Shown piece after piece: positions 19,671-29,526 of a stretch of 64,000 nucleotides of DNA. The position numbers and the translations under genes are program-made. Each line of letters starts with the position of its first letter. The stretch's first letter is position 1. The stretch comes from a virus. A model generated the notes under the pieces. The model searched no databases, was not told the DNA's origin, and saw only the letters and a program-made list of their open reading frames with translations. The stretch spans positions 32,001 to 96,000 of the IMG/VR virus record IMGVR_UViG_3300027801_002517. One strand, 5' to 3'.

Positions 19671-20375
19671 TTAATTATTAAGTATTAATTCTTTTAATCG
19701 CTCATCAACTGTTAGTATGTCGTCTCTTTCCAAAAGATTTTTAAAAGCAAAAATTTGTTTTTTAATTGCCATATCACCATGTGTTCCTCCAGTTGGTGGA
19801 GGAGGTCCATCTAAAGGATTGTAAAAACCATCGGCATATGCTTTATCTGTTTGGTAAAAGTCAAATCCAGTGACGTATAGCTCTGCAACTGGACACTCTA
19901 TCAACATAAGAACACTCAAAGTGCCAGTATATGGCTGACAACCTATCATATTATATATCTCTTGATATTTTTTTACACCTATCCACTCAAAGGGAATATC
20001 GTTTGTATTAATGGATTCTGCATTATGAACAACATCACCAATATGATCTTCAGCCCAAGACATATAATTATCTTCTTTGATTCTCGTACCATATATCAAA
20101 GGACATACTAACATTTTAAGAGCATCAAAATCTTCTTTATAATTTTCAATGTTATCCTTCAGTCCGGGAATCCAATCAGTTCCAAAGTTATGAAACAATA
20201 TATCAGTTCTTGACCCATAATCATTGTTCAGTTCATCATTTGTCCAAAAGTGATTTGGTCTACATACTACATCAAATGAATCAATAAGCTCCCCATCATT
20301 ACTACCTTTAAGACCAGTCGATGGACCTACAATTACTACTCTTTTATCGCCTACAAAATTACATAACACAGACAT
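19671..20375 (-). CDS. GT29-like sialyltransferase
   Basis: L-sialylmotif-like RVVIVGPSTGLKGSNDGELIDSFDVVCRPN; S-motif-like PYTGTLSVLML...LYVTGFDFY; VS-like His (THG). Confidence 0.75.
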   Translation of the reverse strand: MSVLCNFVGDKRVVIVGPSTGLKGSNDGELIDSFDVVCRPNHFWTNDELNNDYGSRTDILFHNFGTDWIPGLKDNIENYKEDFDALKMLVCPLIYGTRIKEDNYMSWAEDHIGDVVHNAESINTNDIPFEWIGVKKYQEIYNMIGCQPYTGTLSVLMLIECPVAELYVTGFDFYQTDKAYADGFYNPLDGPPPPTGGTHGDMAIKKQIFAFKNLLERDDILTVDERLKELILNN

Positions 20376-20378
20376 GTT

Positions 20379-21116
20379 TTAGTTTCCTTGGTAGATGGGA
20401 ATTGGAATCATCTTGTGTTTGTTTTGATTGTGTAGTCTGTTGTAGATTTCTGTAACTTCCTTCTGTCTATCTGTCAATTCAGACACACCATCATATTCCA
20501 TAACCCATTCCAGTTCCTCATAGGTGGCACCAATTTGATCTTCATCTGTCCTACCATCATCCCACAAACCATCAGTCGGAGAAGCAACCAGAATCTCTTC
20601 ACATACACCAAGTTGTTTTGCCATTTCACGAACATCTGTCTTAGTAAGATTAGCAATCGGTGAAATGTCAACTCCTCCATCGCCATACTTTGTGAAGAAT
20701 CCAACGCCAAAGTCTTCTACTTTATTTCCTGTCCCGACTACAATACCATTATGTACTTGTGCAATTTGATACAACGTAGTCATACGAAGTCTTGCCCTAC
20801 TATTTGCTAATGCAAGGTCGTCACATTCAATCGCATCTAAACCAGAGATGAAAACATCATACATAGCAGAAAGATTGATATCTCTATGAGACACATTCGG
20901 ATGGCTATCTTTTAACCATTCAATATGGTTCAACCCACGAAGATGCTGATCAGGTGCTTGATGAATAGGCATAGTGAGTAGAATTGTGTCGATATCGGTT
21001 AAAGCACAAATCTTTGAAGTAAGAGCGGAGTCAATTCCTCCTGATACTCCAACAACTAAACTCTTGATGCCATACTGATCACAATATTGCTTAATCCATT
21101 CAGAAATCTTATTCAT
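20379..21116 (-). CDS. nadE: NH3-dependent NAD+ synthetase
   Basis: VGVSGGIDSA, ANSRARLRM, GTGNKVE, FFTKYGDGGVD, PTDGLW..TDEDQIG. Confidence 0.92.
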   Translation of the reverse strand: MNKISEWIKQYCDQYGIKSLVVGVSGGIDSALTSKICALTDIDTILLTMPIHQAPDQHLRGLNHIEWLKDSHPNVSHRDINLSAMYDVFISGLDAIECDDLALANSRARLRMTTLYQIAQVHNGIVVGTGNKVEDFGVGFFTKYGDGGVDISPIANLTKTDVREMAKQLGVCEEILVASPTDGLWDDGRTDEDQIGATYEELEWVMEYDGVSELTDRQKEVTEIYNRLHNQNKHKMIPIPIYQGN

Positions 21117-22360
21117 CTTGCAGTGTCTCCAACAGAAATTAGTTCAACACCATCTTGTTCTGACATCATTCTCCACGGATCAATTACAACTGATCCTTCA
21201 GGAAACTTATAATCAAGGAACTTGTCATGATTTGTTCCAATAAAGAATACGGCTTTCTCATTGAGTGGTGGTTTACCAGCATCAACCCACGGATCATACA
21301 TCTCAGCATCAACATCATGTTCCTTCATCATATTCTTCATTAGAACTGATGGACTTCCTACAGTTAGATTTGTTTCTTTTTTGAAACACTTACCAAGAAT
21401 AATAGGCTTCAGTCCAGTTTCCTTCGACTTAGCAATTAGCATATTTCCCAACCATTCGGTTTGTTTTTCTCGACAAACCATCATACTATCATACCAGTCA
21501 TAACTGAGATCAAGTTCTTGAGCCATCCACGACAGTGCGATATTGTCTCTTGGATGACAACCGCCACCGTCTCCCATCCCACCTAAAAGATACTTAGTGC
21601 TAATAAGTCTATCACTAGCAAGGAACATACCTCTCATAACATTGTCGCAGTTAACATTATCGAGTTTATGTGCTGCTTCCATGATAACATTAGCAAGATT
21701 AATCTTCATAGTAATGTAAGTATTATAAGAGACCTTGATCATTTCCGCTTCTTCAATGGAGCACTCATACACTGGTCTGTCGTGTATGGTTGCATAGAAA
21801 CTTTTAACTGTTTCTACGGCTTCTTTATCGTCAACACCCAAAAGAACAAACTCTGGCTCAGTAAAGTCCTTAATCGTAGTTCCCATTGCAATAAAGAATG
21901 GATTATAACACAGCTTAATATGCTCACTTAATAGAGGCTTAATTTCCTTTCGGACTGTGCCAGGCAGAACCGTTGAGATGATAACGACAATTTTGTCCTC
22001 ACCGTTTCTATCGATTGCCTCTGACAAAGTTTTTAATCCTGACTTCAACCATGCATAGTTAAAGTTTACTCTTTCTTCGGGAAGTCGAGTTGTTCCTTCG
22101 TAACGAGGTTCGTGAGGAGTCTGAATAGGAACAAAGATAATATCACTTTTTTCAACAACGTCATCTACATTAGTGAAGTTAATATTATGATTTTGTAAGC
22201 GTTCCGGAGCACCCTCTTCTCGATATGGCAGTTGCTTTGTATCGAGAATAGTTTTAACACCATCATTAACGTCATAACCATATACAGTATGTCCTTGCTC
22301 GTCAATAGCTAAAGCACAAGGTAGTCCTAATTTTCCCAGTCCAATAAAACCTATGTTCAT
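21113..22360 (-). CDS. ugd: UDP-glucose/GDP-mannose dehydrogenase family
   Basis: GLGKLG, VPIQTP, STVLPG, NPFF, EMIKVSYN, GGGCHPRD. Confidence 0.88.
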   Translation of the reverse strand: MNIGFIGLGKLGLPCALAIDEQGHTVYGYDVNDGVKTILDTKQLPYREEGAPERLQNHNINFTNVDDVVEKSDIIFVPIQTPHEPRYEGTTRLPEERVNFNYAWLKSGLKTLSEAIDRNGEDKIVVIISTVLPGTVRKEIKPLLSEHIKLCYNPFFIAMGTTIKDFTEPEFVLLGVDDKEAVETVKSFYATIHDRPVYECSIEEAEMIKVSYNTYITMKINLANVIMEAAHKLDNVNCDNVMRGMFLASDRLISTKYLLGGMGDGGGCHPRDNIALSWMAQELDLSYDWYDSMMVCREKQTEWLGNMLIAKSKETGLKPIILGKCFKKETNLTVGSPSVLMKNMMKEHDVDAEMYDPWVDAGKPPLNEKAVFFIGTNHDKFLDYKFPEGSVVIDPWRMMSEQDGVELISVGDTAR

Positions 22361-23112
22361 TACATAATTCCTTTCACTTTAACTGCATCTTCGTACCTAA
22401 GATTGCGATATTTTGGTTGATCAAATTCTGGTCGAGAAACTTGAAACATCTCTGTTCTTTCATTCCATGTTTCACGATCTACTTCTTCTGTATCCATTGA
22501 TCCTGTATAGTCCGGGTTGTCCGGTCTATCATGAAAAATTACGATTCGATTTTCTACCCTTTCAATACCTAGCATAGCACCAACCTCTGAGACCCATGTA
22601 TCATTATGGGCCTGAAGAGAGAAGTGTCCAGTGACTTCATACATTTTTCTGGATATAATTGGAAATGTGTTGATGTCTTTTGCGTCGTCATTTCCTGTCG
22701 ATGGATTTAAAACGACAATATCATTTTGATATTCGGCCAGAATGTCATCCCAGCCGCTTTCAGCCATTGTAGTATCATCATTAAACAAAAATAACATATC
22801 CCCTCTAGAAACATCACAACACTCATTAACATACTTGTTTAGATCGATATATCCTCTAAAACGCTCACCTATTATAACGTAAATGTCCACTTTATCGAAA
22901 GGTAATTCTGTGATCCTAGAGATACTATCAACATCATCAGAATCAAATCTAATTATGATTTCAGCTCGACTTGCATCAGTGGCTGTTTCTGCAATCGAGC
23001 TACAAGTATTAAGGAGATTACTAAACCTTTTACGAGACGGAACTAAAAAAGAAACCAGTTTAGCTTTCCCTCTTTTTAAAATTCTACGTTCATTATCGTC
23101 AATGACTGACAT
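22360..23112 (-). CDS. GT2/GT-A glycosyltransferase
   Basis: VSFLVPSRKR, FDSDD, LFNDD. Confidence 0.75.
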   Translation of the reverse strand: MSVIDDNERRILKRGKAKLVSFLVPSRKRFSNLLNTCSSIAETATDASRAEIIIRFDSDDVDSISRITELPFDKVDIYVIIGERFRGYIDLNKYVNECCDVSRGDMLFLFNDDTTMAESGWDDILAEYQNDIVVLNPSTGNDDAKDINTFPIISRKMYEVTGHFSLQAHNDTWVSEVGAMLGIERVENRIVIFHDRPDNPDYTGSMDTEEVDRETWNERTEMFQVSRPEFDQPKYRNLRYEDAVKVKGIM

Positions 23113-23132
23113 TTAAATTCTCCTAAATTATA

Positions 23133-24272
23133 TCAATTAAATTTGTTAACTATTGATGAGACCATCTTGATCTCTGATTCTGTTAAATTGTGATTATTGG
23201 GTAGATAAAATCCATAATCGCTAACGGTATCTGCATTTGGTAAACGTACTTCTCCGTACCTCTTAATCCAAAACGGTTGTCGTCCAAGAGACCCACATAT
23301 AAGTGGTCTTGTTTCTATGTCATTTTTTATAAGCTCACTAACTATTTCAGATCTATTCTGACTTATTACTGGGTAGGCAAAATTTGAAATAAACTTACTA
23401 TCGGTAGACTTTGGGGGATTCCAAAATGGGTTATCTATTAACTCCCTATATAGGTTATAATTATTATTTCGTATTCTGACAATTTCATCAGAGGTCTTCA
23501 GTTGATTAATACCCAAGAAAGCCTGGAGGTCAGTAGACCTGAAGTTAAATCCCATATAGTGAAACCTATATAAAGCATCAAATGTGTCTTCTTTATCTAT
23601 ACGAAACTCTGGATCAACATCTCTTTCCCAGCCATGACTCCTAATAGCCTTCAGTATATTATAAAGATGGGAATCATTAGTTGAAATAATACCACCTTCT
23701 ATAGTTGATAAGTGATGTCCGAAGTATGTGGAGAAACATGACATTTCTCCTGTAGTACCTAATTTTCGACCTCCATAAGATGAACCAAAAGACTCACAAG
23801 CATCTTCTAGTAATGTAATGTTGTATTTTTTACATGTATTAACAATGAGATCCATTTCAGGAACAAGACCAAGTACAGATACTAATATAGCACATTTTAT
23901 ATTATGTGTCAATGCCAATTGTTCAAAATAAGATAAGTCTAATGATAGATCTTTCATATTGCAGTCACACAATATAGGAGTTAGTCCAAGTTGCACAACT
24001 GGAGCTAGATCAGTAGCCCATGAAACAGCAGGTACAATTACTGAGTCACCTTTATTAAGAGTGCCTTTTTCCAACAATGCTTGCAACATCATCATTACAG
24101 CAGAAGATCCAGAATTTACTGATACACAATGTTTATTGCCTAAGTAATTCGACCATCCTTCTTCGTAATCAACTGTTAAACGACCTTGAGTCAACTTAGG
24201 ATGTGTACGTAGCCAATCCGCTAAAGTATCCATTTCTTCATTATTTATTGTATCTCTAACCAATGGTATCAT
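23133..24272 (-). CDS. colD: GDP-4-keto-6-deoxymannose 3-dehydratase (ColD-type DegT family)
   Basis: VNSGSSA, LEDACES, STYFGHHLSTIEGG with His at the Schiff-base Lys position, SHGW. Confidence 0.8.
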   Translation of the reverse strand: MIPLVRDTINNEEMDTLADWLRTHPKLTQGRLTVDYEEGWSNYLGNKHCVSVNSGSSAVMMMLQALLEKGTLNKGDSVIVPAVSWATDLAPVVQLGLTPILCDCNMKDLSLDLSYFEQLALTHNIKCAILVSVLGLVPEMDLIVNTCKKYNITLLEDACESFGSSYGGRKLGTTGEMSCFSTYFGHHLSTIEGGIISTNDSHLYNILKAIRSHGWERDVDPEFRIDKEDTFDALYRFHYMGFNFRSTDLQAFLGINQLKTSDEIVRIRNNNYNLYRELIDNPFWNPPKSTDSKFISNFAYPVISQNRSEIVSELIKNDIETRPLICGSLGRQPFWIKRYGEVRLPNADTVSDYGFYLPNNHNLTESEIKMVSSIVNKFN

Positions 24273-24274
24273 TT

Positions 24275-25369
24275 TCAGCCTTCTATGAAATATTCGTTAA
24301 TCGTATGAATAATATAAGTCTGTTCTTCGTCTGTCAAGCAATATGCTGATGGAAGAGATATACCCATATCAAAAGCCTTATTACTCACTGGCAAATTCTT
24401 ATCAGCAAAATTCATATGTTTATAACACGGCTGCTGGTTTAGTGGATAAAAGAACTCCCTTGTTTGAATGCCTCTTTTTAAAAGATGATTCATTAGTTCT
24501 GACTTTTTAGATGTCAAAAATGATGTAAACCACCAAACAGGACTACAAAAATCATTCACTGTTATTTTAGTTAAACTGTTGTCAAGCTCATTGTTGTACC
24601 TATCATAAATATGTTTTTTCTTAGTCTTTATTCTATCAAGTTTATTCATCTGAGCAATACCAATGGCGGCTTGCATCTCAGTAAAAGCAAAATTATAACC
24701 TATAGCATCATGCTTGAATCGACCTTTGACTAATCTTCCGTGATTCTTTAGTTGGTAAACCTTATTGCGTATTTTTGTAGAATCAGTTAATACAATTCCG
24801 CCTTCGCCACATGTGATAGTTTTGTTTCCGTAAAAAGAAAGTATACCACATTCTCCAAAGGTTCCAACATGACGACCTTTCCATTTTACTCCCACGCCCT
24901 GTGCCGCATCTTCAATTACAGCAAGGTTATTTTCTTCAGCAATTTTAGTAATAGCATCCATATCACAGGACTGACCATATAAATGAACGGGCATAATAGC
25001 CTTAGTTCTATGGCTGATTAATTCCTCTATTAACGAGGTGTCAATACAAAGATTTTCAGGACTAATGTCACATAGAACTGGTGTTGCACCAGCCAACAAG
25101 ACAGCATTCGAAGATGCTATAAATGTCATATCTGGAACAATAACCTCGTCACCCGGACCTATACTAAGTGCCTTTAAGCAACAATATAATGACATTGTCC
25201 CATTAGTTATAGCAATAGCATATTTAGCTCCAGTAAGATCTCGAATCATCTGTTCGAATTCTTCAGTTAGATTATGTTCTGTAACATAAGTACTGTCAAT
25301 CACCCTAGTAAGCTGTTCTAGCTCTTCACCATCTATCCAAGGCTCAATCTGCGGTATAAAGTCCCTCAT
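24275..25369 (-). CDS. per: GDP-perosamine synthase-like DegT/DnrJ aminotransferase
   Basis: NGT, VHLYG, EDAAQ, SFYGNKTITCGEGG. Confidence 0.75.
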   Translation of the reverse strand: MRDFIPQIEPWIDGEELEQLTRVIDSTYVTEHNLTEEFEQMIRDLTGAKYAIAITNGTMSLYCCLKALSIGPGDEVIVPDMTFIASSNAVLLAGATPVLCDISPENLCIDTSLIEELISHRTKAIMPVHLYGQSCDMDAITKIAEENNLAVIEDAAQGVGVKWKGRHVGTFGECGILSFYGNKTITCGEGGIVLTDSTKIRNKVYQLKNHGRLVKGRFKHDAIGYNFAFTEMQAAIGIAQMNKLDRIKTKKKHIYDRYNNELDNSLTKITVNDFCSPVWWFTSFLTSKKSELMNHLLKRGIQTREFFYPLNQQPCYKHMNFADKNLPVSNKAFDMGISLPSAYCLTDEEQTYIIHTINEYFIEG

Positions 25370-25727
25370 AAGACTTTTGTTCCTTTACTACTGATTTAGA
25401 AATATTGTTTATTTCATTTTTAATAAGAAATCTATTATCATTAAGTATAGCATCTAAGCGAGCATGTTTAATAAACTCATCACCAAAAGTTTCATTGTCC
25501 TCCATATCCCTAATGATATCTTCAGTATCCCAAAGCTCTGTATTTATTTGCAACAATTTATCATAAAGTTCTGTAGGAACATCGTGATCCTGCATATTAG
25601 ATTTTAGAATTTTTAGTTCTTGGTTGATATAATACAATTTTGTTTCATCTGTGATGTGATCTCTTTTTATCTCAAGTATTGTAACCTTGTCAACAAGCTC
25701 ACCTACTGATACTTCAATTTTTGGCAT
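25344..25727 (-). CDS. DUF6165-like protein
   Basis: EVSVGELVDKVTILEIK...LW..ED..R...ND.R..IK..IN...EQKSY. Confidence 0.7.
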   Translation of the reverse strand: MPKIEVSVGELVDKVTILEIKRDHITDETKLYYINQELKILKSNMQDHDVPTELYDKLLQINTELWDTEDIIRDMEDNETFGDEFIKHARLDAILNDNRFLIKNEINNISKSVVKEQKSYEGLYTAD

Positions 25728-26568
25728 ATTCTAAAATCCTTTTCTTGTGAAAATCTATATTCAAGAAATTATCATCCCAAGATATATTTGTACTATCCAA
25801 CTGTGGTTTATAGGTAGCAAACCAATCATGAATAATGAAATGTGGTAAGGAATAGTGCTTGAATAATCTAACCATATTTGGCGTTATAACAGGAATTGAA
25901 TTAACTAATAGAGCCTCATAGTTTCTATGAGTATCATACCCAGCACCCTCTAAGCATATCGTGTACCTAAATTTATTAAGTTGTGATAAATAGTCTATAA
26001 AGGATAATTTATTTTTTTCACTATAAACAAAATCTAAAGATTTCAAATGATCAATAAATCTCTGTCTTTCAGGATTAGTCGATGCAGTATGAAATGGAAG
26101 ATAGAACATATCTAATTTATCTTCCCATCTTGACTTTAACGATTGTTGATTTTTCAAGACTGCTTGATTACCACCATCACGTTCTATCTCTTCAAACCCA
26201 ATTGGTATTGGAATTATTTTGTCATTATGAACAGACGGTGGATTTGTACAGAACCAGTATTTTAAATTTGTATTATTTAATATATCAAGGTAGGATTGAT
26301 CACCATTACGACCAACTGTGTATGAAGAAATACCACTAATAAGTGTAAATTTATTTTTTATATTAGGAAGTACATTCTTCTGAAAGACTCCGTTGTAGAT
26401 CTCGTCCGTTTTAACGAATATTATGTCATTTTCTTTAACAGTGGATGGGTCTATAGAATCAACATTGTGTAGACGCGAAACTCCAGCAGATCTATAGAAG
26501 TCTGCAGAGTGGTCAATAATATGATCTGCCACAGTTGGCATCCAATTGTAATTAATTAAGTCAATCAT
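25714..26568 (-). CDS. Exostosin/GT47-like glycosyltransferase
   Basis: YTICLEGAGYDTHRNYEALLVNSIPV C-terminal motif; PIPIG. Confidence 0.65.
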   Translation of the reverse strand: MIDLINYNWMPTVADHIIDHSADFYRSAGVSRLHNVDSIDPSTVKENDIIFVKTDEIYNGVFQKNVLPNIKNKFTLISGISSYTVGRNGDQSYLDILNNTNLKYWFCTNPPSVHNDKIIPIPIGFEEIERDGGNQAVLKNQQSLKSRWEDKLDMFYLPFHTASTNPERQRFIDHLKSLDFVYSEKNKLSFIDYLSQLNKFRYTICLEGAGYDTHRNYEALLVNSIPVITPNMVRLFKHYSLPHFIIHDWFATYKPQLDSTNISWDDNFLNIDFHKKRILEYAKN

Positions 26569-27286
26569 ATTTAATAACTTTCCATGTGTTCAAACTGTTC
26601 TGACCCAAAGGTTGATTTCTAAAATCGTGATAAAATATTTTATCTTGTTTGGCGTATATATCTATCAGGGTCTTAAAAGAACTCTCCATGCAATGAATCT
26701 CTTCTGCTTCTTCAATAATCTTAATGAAATGAAAAACATTTTCAGAGATATCATTTTCTACAATATGTAATGATCTATCTATAAAGTGCTTTCTGTCAAG
26801 CTCAAATCCCCTGTCTACATCTTCATGAACAAATATGTAAGGCTCATTATTAGGGTTTAACTTATTAAAAACTCTTTCTTCTTCTTTTGGATCTCGTTCA
26901 AGATAGAAATATTCATGTCTCACATCATAAGGTATATTTACTTGTTCATAGAAAAATTCCCAACAATTCTTGTTTAGTTCTTTCTCAGCGGCTGGGCCTG
27001 GATAGTACTGATGCCCAACAGTTAACATATACTCAGGCTTCTCTGTCTCTATAATTTTTTTTACATCTTCGTATTCATTATCCTTACTTATTTCCCAAAC
27101 CTCAATATCATCGTTGTCTCTATACATATATTCTATCATATTAAAATAATTCGATTTTGAAAATACCGCTATTTTTTCATAAGCAGTATTTTTGCCGATA
27201 TATCGAACCATTCCATTGCAATCAAAATGATCGCCTAAGCCTAAGTGATGATGGATAAATAACTTACTCAACATATTCTCCACCAA
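26561..27286 (-). CDS. Putative glycosyltransferase-like protein
   Basis: HHHLGLGD N-terminus and AEEIHCMESSF, GT-B-like; glycan-island context. Confidence 0.5.
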   Translation of the reverse strand: MVENMLSKLFIHHHLGLGDHFDCNGMVRYIGKNTAYEKIAVFSKSNYFNMIEYMYRDNDDIEVWEISKDNEYEDVKKIIETEKPEYMLTVGHQYYPGPAAEKELNKNCWEFFYEQVNIPYDVRHEYFYLERDPKEEERVFNKLNPNNEPYIFVHEDVDRGFELDRKHFIDRSLHIVENDISENVFHFIKIIEEAEEIHCMESSFKTLIDIYAKQDKIFYHDFRNQPLGQNSLNTWKVIKYD

Positions 27287-28088
27287 AGGTAGCTAATTCT
27301 GGTTTGAAATTCTGCTTTATAAATTCAAGATATCCCTTGCTATTTTCTATATCATCATATACAGCAGGGTCAAATTCTATACCGTCTATTATATCAATAG
27401 GAGTCGGAGTGTCATTAAAGTTTAAATTATTAACAACTGGGTCATATCTTTCATTAATGTAATCATTAGCGTGATTCCAAGTAACACTTTCATAATGCTT
27501 ATACCATAATTGCTTGAGAGCATAAAATCTTTTATTAATAGATTGTAAATGTATAACACCAACGTCTTTGGTCCACACTTTAGGTAAATTTATAGTTGGA
27601 AGCCTTGGTGTGTGATATTTATAAAGAGACATATCAAACTTTTCACAGTGCTCCAACGATACAAAAAATGTTCTATAATTGTCTACATACATAGGGTCTT
27701 GACGGATAGTATCTAAATTTCCCACAACATTAAACCAGTACAACTGGAGATCGTGCGACACACAAAGATTGGTTACCTCCTCCCAATTGGTTAACAAGTT
27801 AGTACTAAGTAGCTCATCAGCGTCTATAGCAAGGACTAAATCTGCTCCCTGCTCTCTGGAATATTCCAGCATAGTAGATCTATTCCTTGACTCACTAAAC
27901 TTTGATTCCTGCCCCTCAAATACCATAGCATGATCTTGGAAGTTTTCCTTAATTACATTTGTAGTATTGTCTGTAGAGTTATCATTATAGAACACCCATT
28001 TATCTACAGGGTATTGATTCCAATATTTAAAAACATGTGGTAATATAATACTTTCGTCTTTTACCATTACATTAGCATGAACGATCAT
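27264..28088 (-). CDS. GT2-like glycosyltransferase
   Basis: VMVKDE, NDNSTDNT, AIDADE; likely start MIVHANV. Confidence 0.75.
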   Translation of the reverse strand: MIVHANVMVKDESIILPHVFKYWNQYPVDKWVFYNDNSTDNTTNVIKENFQDHAMVFEGQESKFSESRNRSTMLEYSREQGADLVLAIDADELLSTNLLTNWEEVTNLCVSHDLQLYWFNVVGNLDTIRQDPMYVDNYRTFFVSLEHCEKFDMSLYKYHTPRLPTINLPKVWTKDVGVIHLQSINKRFYALKQLWYKHYESVTWNHANDYINERYDPVVNNLNFNDTPTPIDIIDGIEFDPAVYDDIENSKGYLEFIKQNFKPELATFGGEYVE

Positions 28089-28755
28089 AGCCCGCTTCCG
28101 TTTTAATGTAGTCGAAAAAATACCCAGAATCATCTAAAATCTTGTCATTACCATCATATGCCTGACCTACAAAAAACTGTGGATGTCTAGATATACGAGG
28201 AAAATTATTTAATAGATAATGGTCATGCTCTAGTGCTTTGTTTTTAACTAAAGGATATATTATTTCCTTTAAGAACATTTGATCGACTTGCCATTTGTTA
28301 TCCAGTTCACCTTTATCATAATCTTCTATCATAGCTTTAATTCCGGCCAATAAGCTATTTCTACATCCCCACATACCACCTAATATTTCTGTTTGATGAT
28401 ATGGATGATCTCTCATAATATGAAAATCTTTATCACTGTTGAGCCATTCATCAACTGCTGCCTTTTCTCGGTATCCTAACCTAGAATCTGCATCCCGCGA
28501 AATCATTACATCTGGACTATCTGCCGCATAAAAACGCCAAAACATACCGTTCCAACCGACTGTTTCCATTAATACACATTCTGATCCTAAATCTGTCAAC
28601 TGTTTGATAATATCTGATGACACATCTATTCCACAATAAAACCTACATATCCAATCTGGATATATTGACCTAGCCAATTGAGCATTTCTAATAGCTCCTA
28701 TTATATACCTTGAAGATTGTCCCCACAAACTAAAAGCAATGATTTTTTGAGTCAT
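28072..28755 (-). CDS. Putative GT-A-like protein
   Basis: IIAFSLWG, GMFWRF, SRDADSR (DxD), FHIMRDHPYH, ILGGMWG, DQMFL. Confidence 0.55.
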   Translation of the reverse strand: MTQKIIAFSLWGQSSRYIIGAIRNAQLARSIYPDWICRFYCGIDVSSDIIKQLTDLGSECVLMETVGWNGMFWRFYAADSPDVMISRDADSRLGYREKAAVDEWLNSDKDFHIMRDHPYHQTEILGGMWGCRNSLLAGIKAMIEDYDKGELDNKWQVDQMFLKEIIYPLVKNKALEHDHYLLNNFPRISRHPQFFVGQAYDGNDKILDDSGYFFDYIKTEAGYDRSC

Positions 28756-28764
28756 AATAGTTCC

Positions 28765-29526
28765 TCAATCTGTAGTGATTCTCTCCGTTGGAAATCTACG
28801 CTGTTTTCTTTCGTTGAACACTTGATTGTCCCTACCAGAAAAATAGAGAGTCTTTTGTGCAGAATAATCACAATCTCCAGAGTTAGAATTACCTTCTTCG
28901 GCATAGTGTTCATGTTTAATAATTATTTTATCAATATATGTAACCTTATCTAACCTCTTGACTTCTTCTGTAAATTCTTGATCAGAATATAGACTCTTGT
29001 AGTCTGGATGGTAGATATACCCAAAGTGGTCATACAACTTTCTTCCCAAAATAGAAAATGTTATTAGTCCATCCTTATCAGCATGTCCATCGTCAAATGA
29101 GATACAACCATCTAAATCGGGATAATGCTCCTCCATAGCCTGTACGATTTCATCATCCCAATTATTCACTTGTGGAATCATATCATCTGAAATAACAATT
29201 ACAATATCCCAGTTCGTTGATCCCTCTATAAGAGCATTATCGATATTGCCATTTACAGCACTAATTTTAGTTGTATGTTTTTCAAAGCACACGGCTCCAG
29301 AACAAAAGTGATCGTGCCATTTATCTTGATTGTTCCTAGTTTGATAATCAAATGCTTCTTGGATCATATCTTGAACTTCTGTGCAGTTCATAGTCGTATC
29401 ATCAATGTCGCAATTAATGTTGAAAAAGATATCATGCCGACCACTGGTGGTATTGAGATACTTCTTCAAGCAAGACAAAAACTTTTCAGGTCTTGCTAAT
29501 GTTGGAAATTGAGCTAATATTTTCAT
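28765..29526 (-). CDS. GT2/GT-A glycosyltransferase
   Basis: FPTLARP, DIDD, ISDDMIP, YKSLYSDQE, HEH. Confidence 0.7.
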   Translation of the reverse strand: MKILAQFPTLARPEKFLSCLKKYLNTTSGRHDIFFNINCDIDDTTMNCTEVQDMIQEAFDYQTRNNQDKWHDHFCSGAVCFEKHTTKISAVNGNIDNALIEGSTNWDIVIVISDDMIPQVNNWDDEIVQAMEEHYPDLDGCISFDDGHADKDGLITFSILGRKLYDHFGYIYHPDYKSLYSDQEFTEEVKRLDKVTYIDKIIIKHEHYAEEGNSNSGDCDYSAQKTLYFSGRDNQVFNERKQRRFPTERITTD

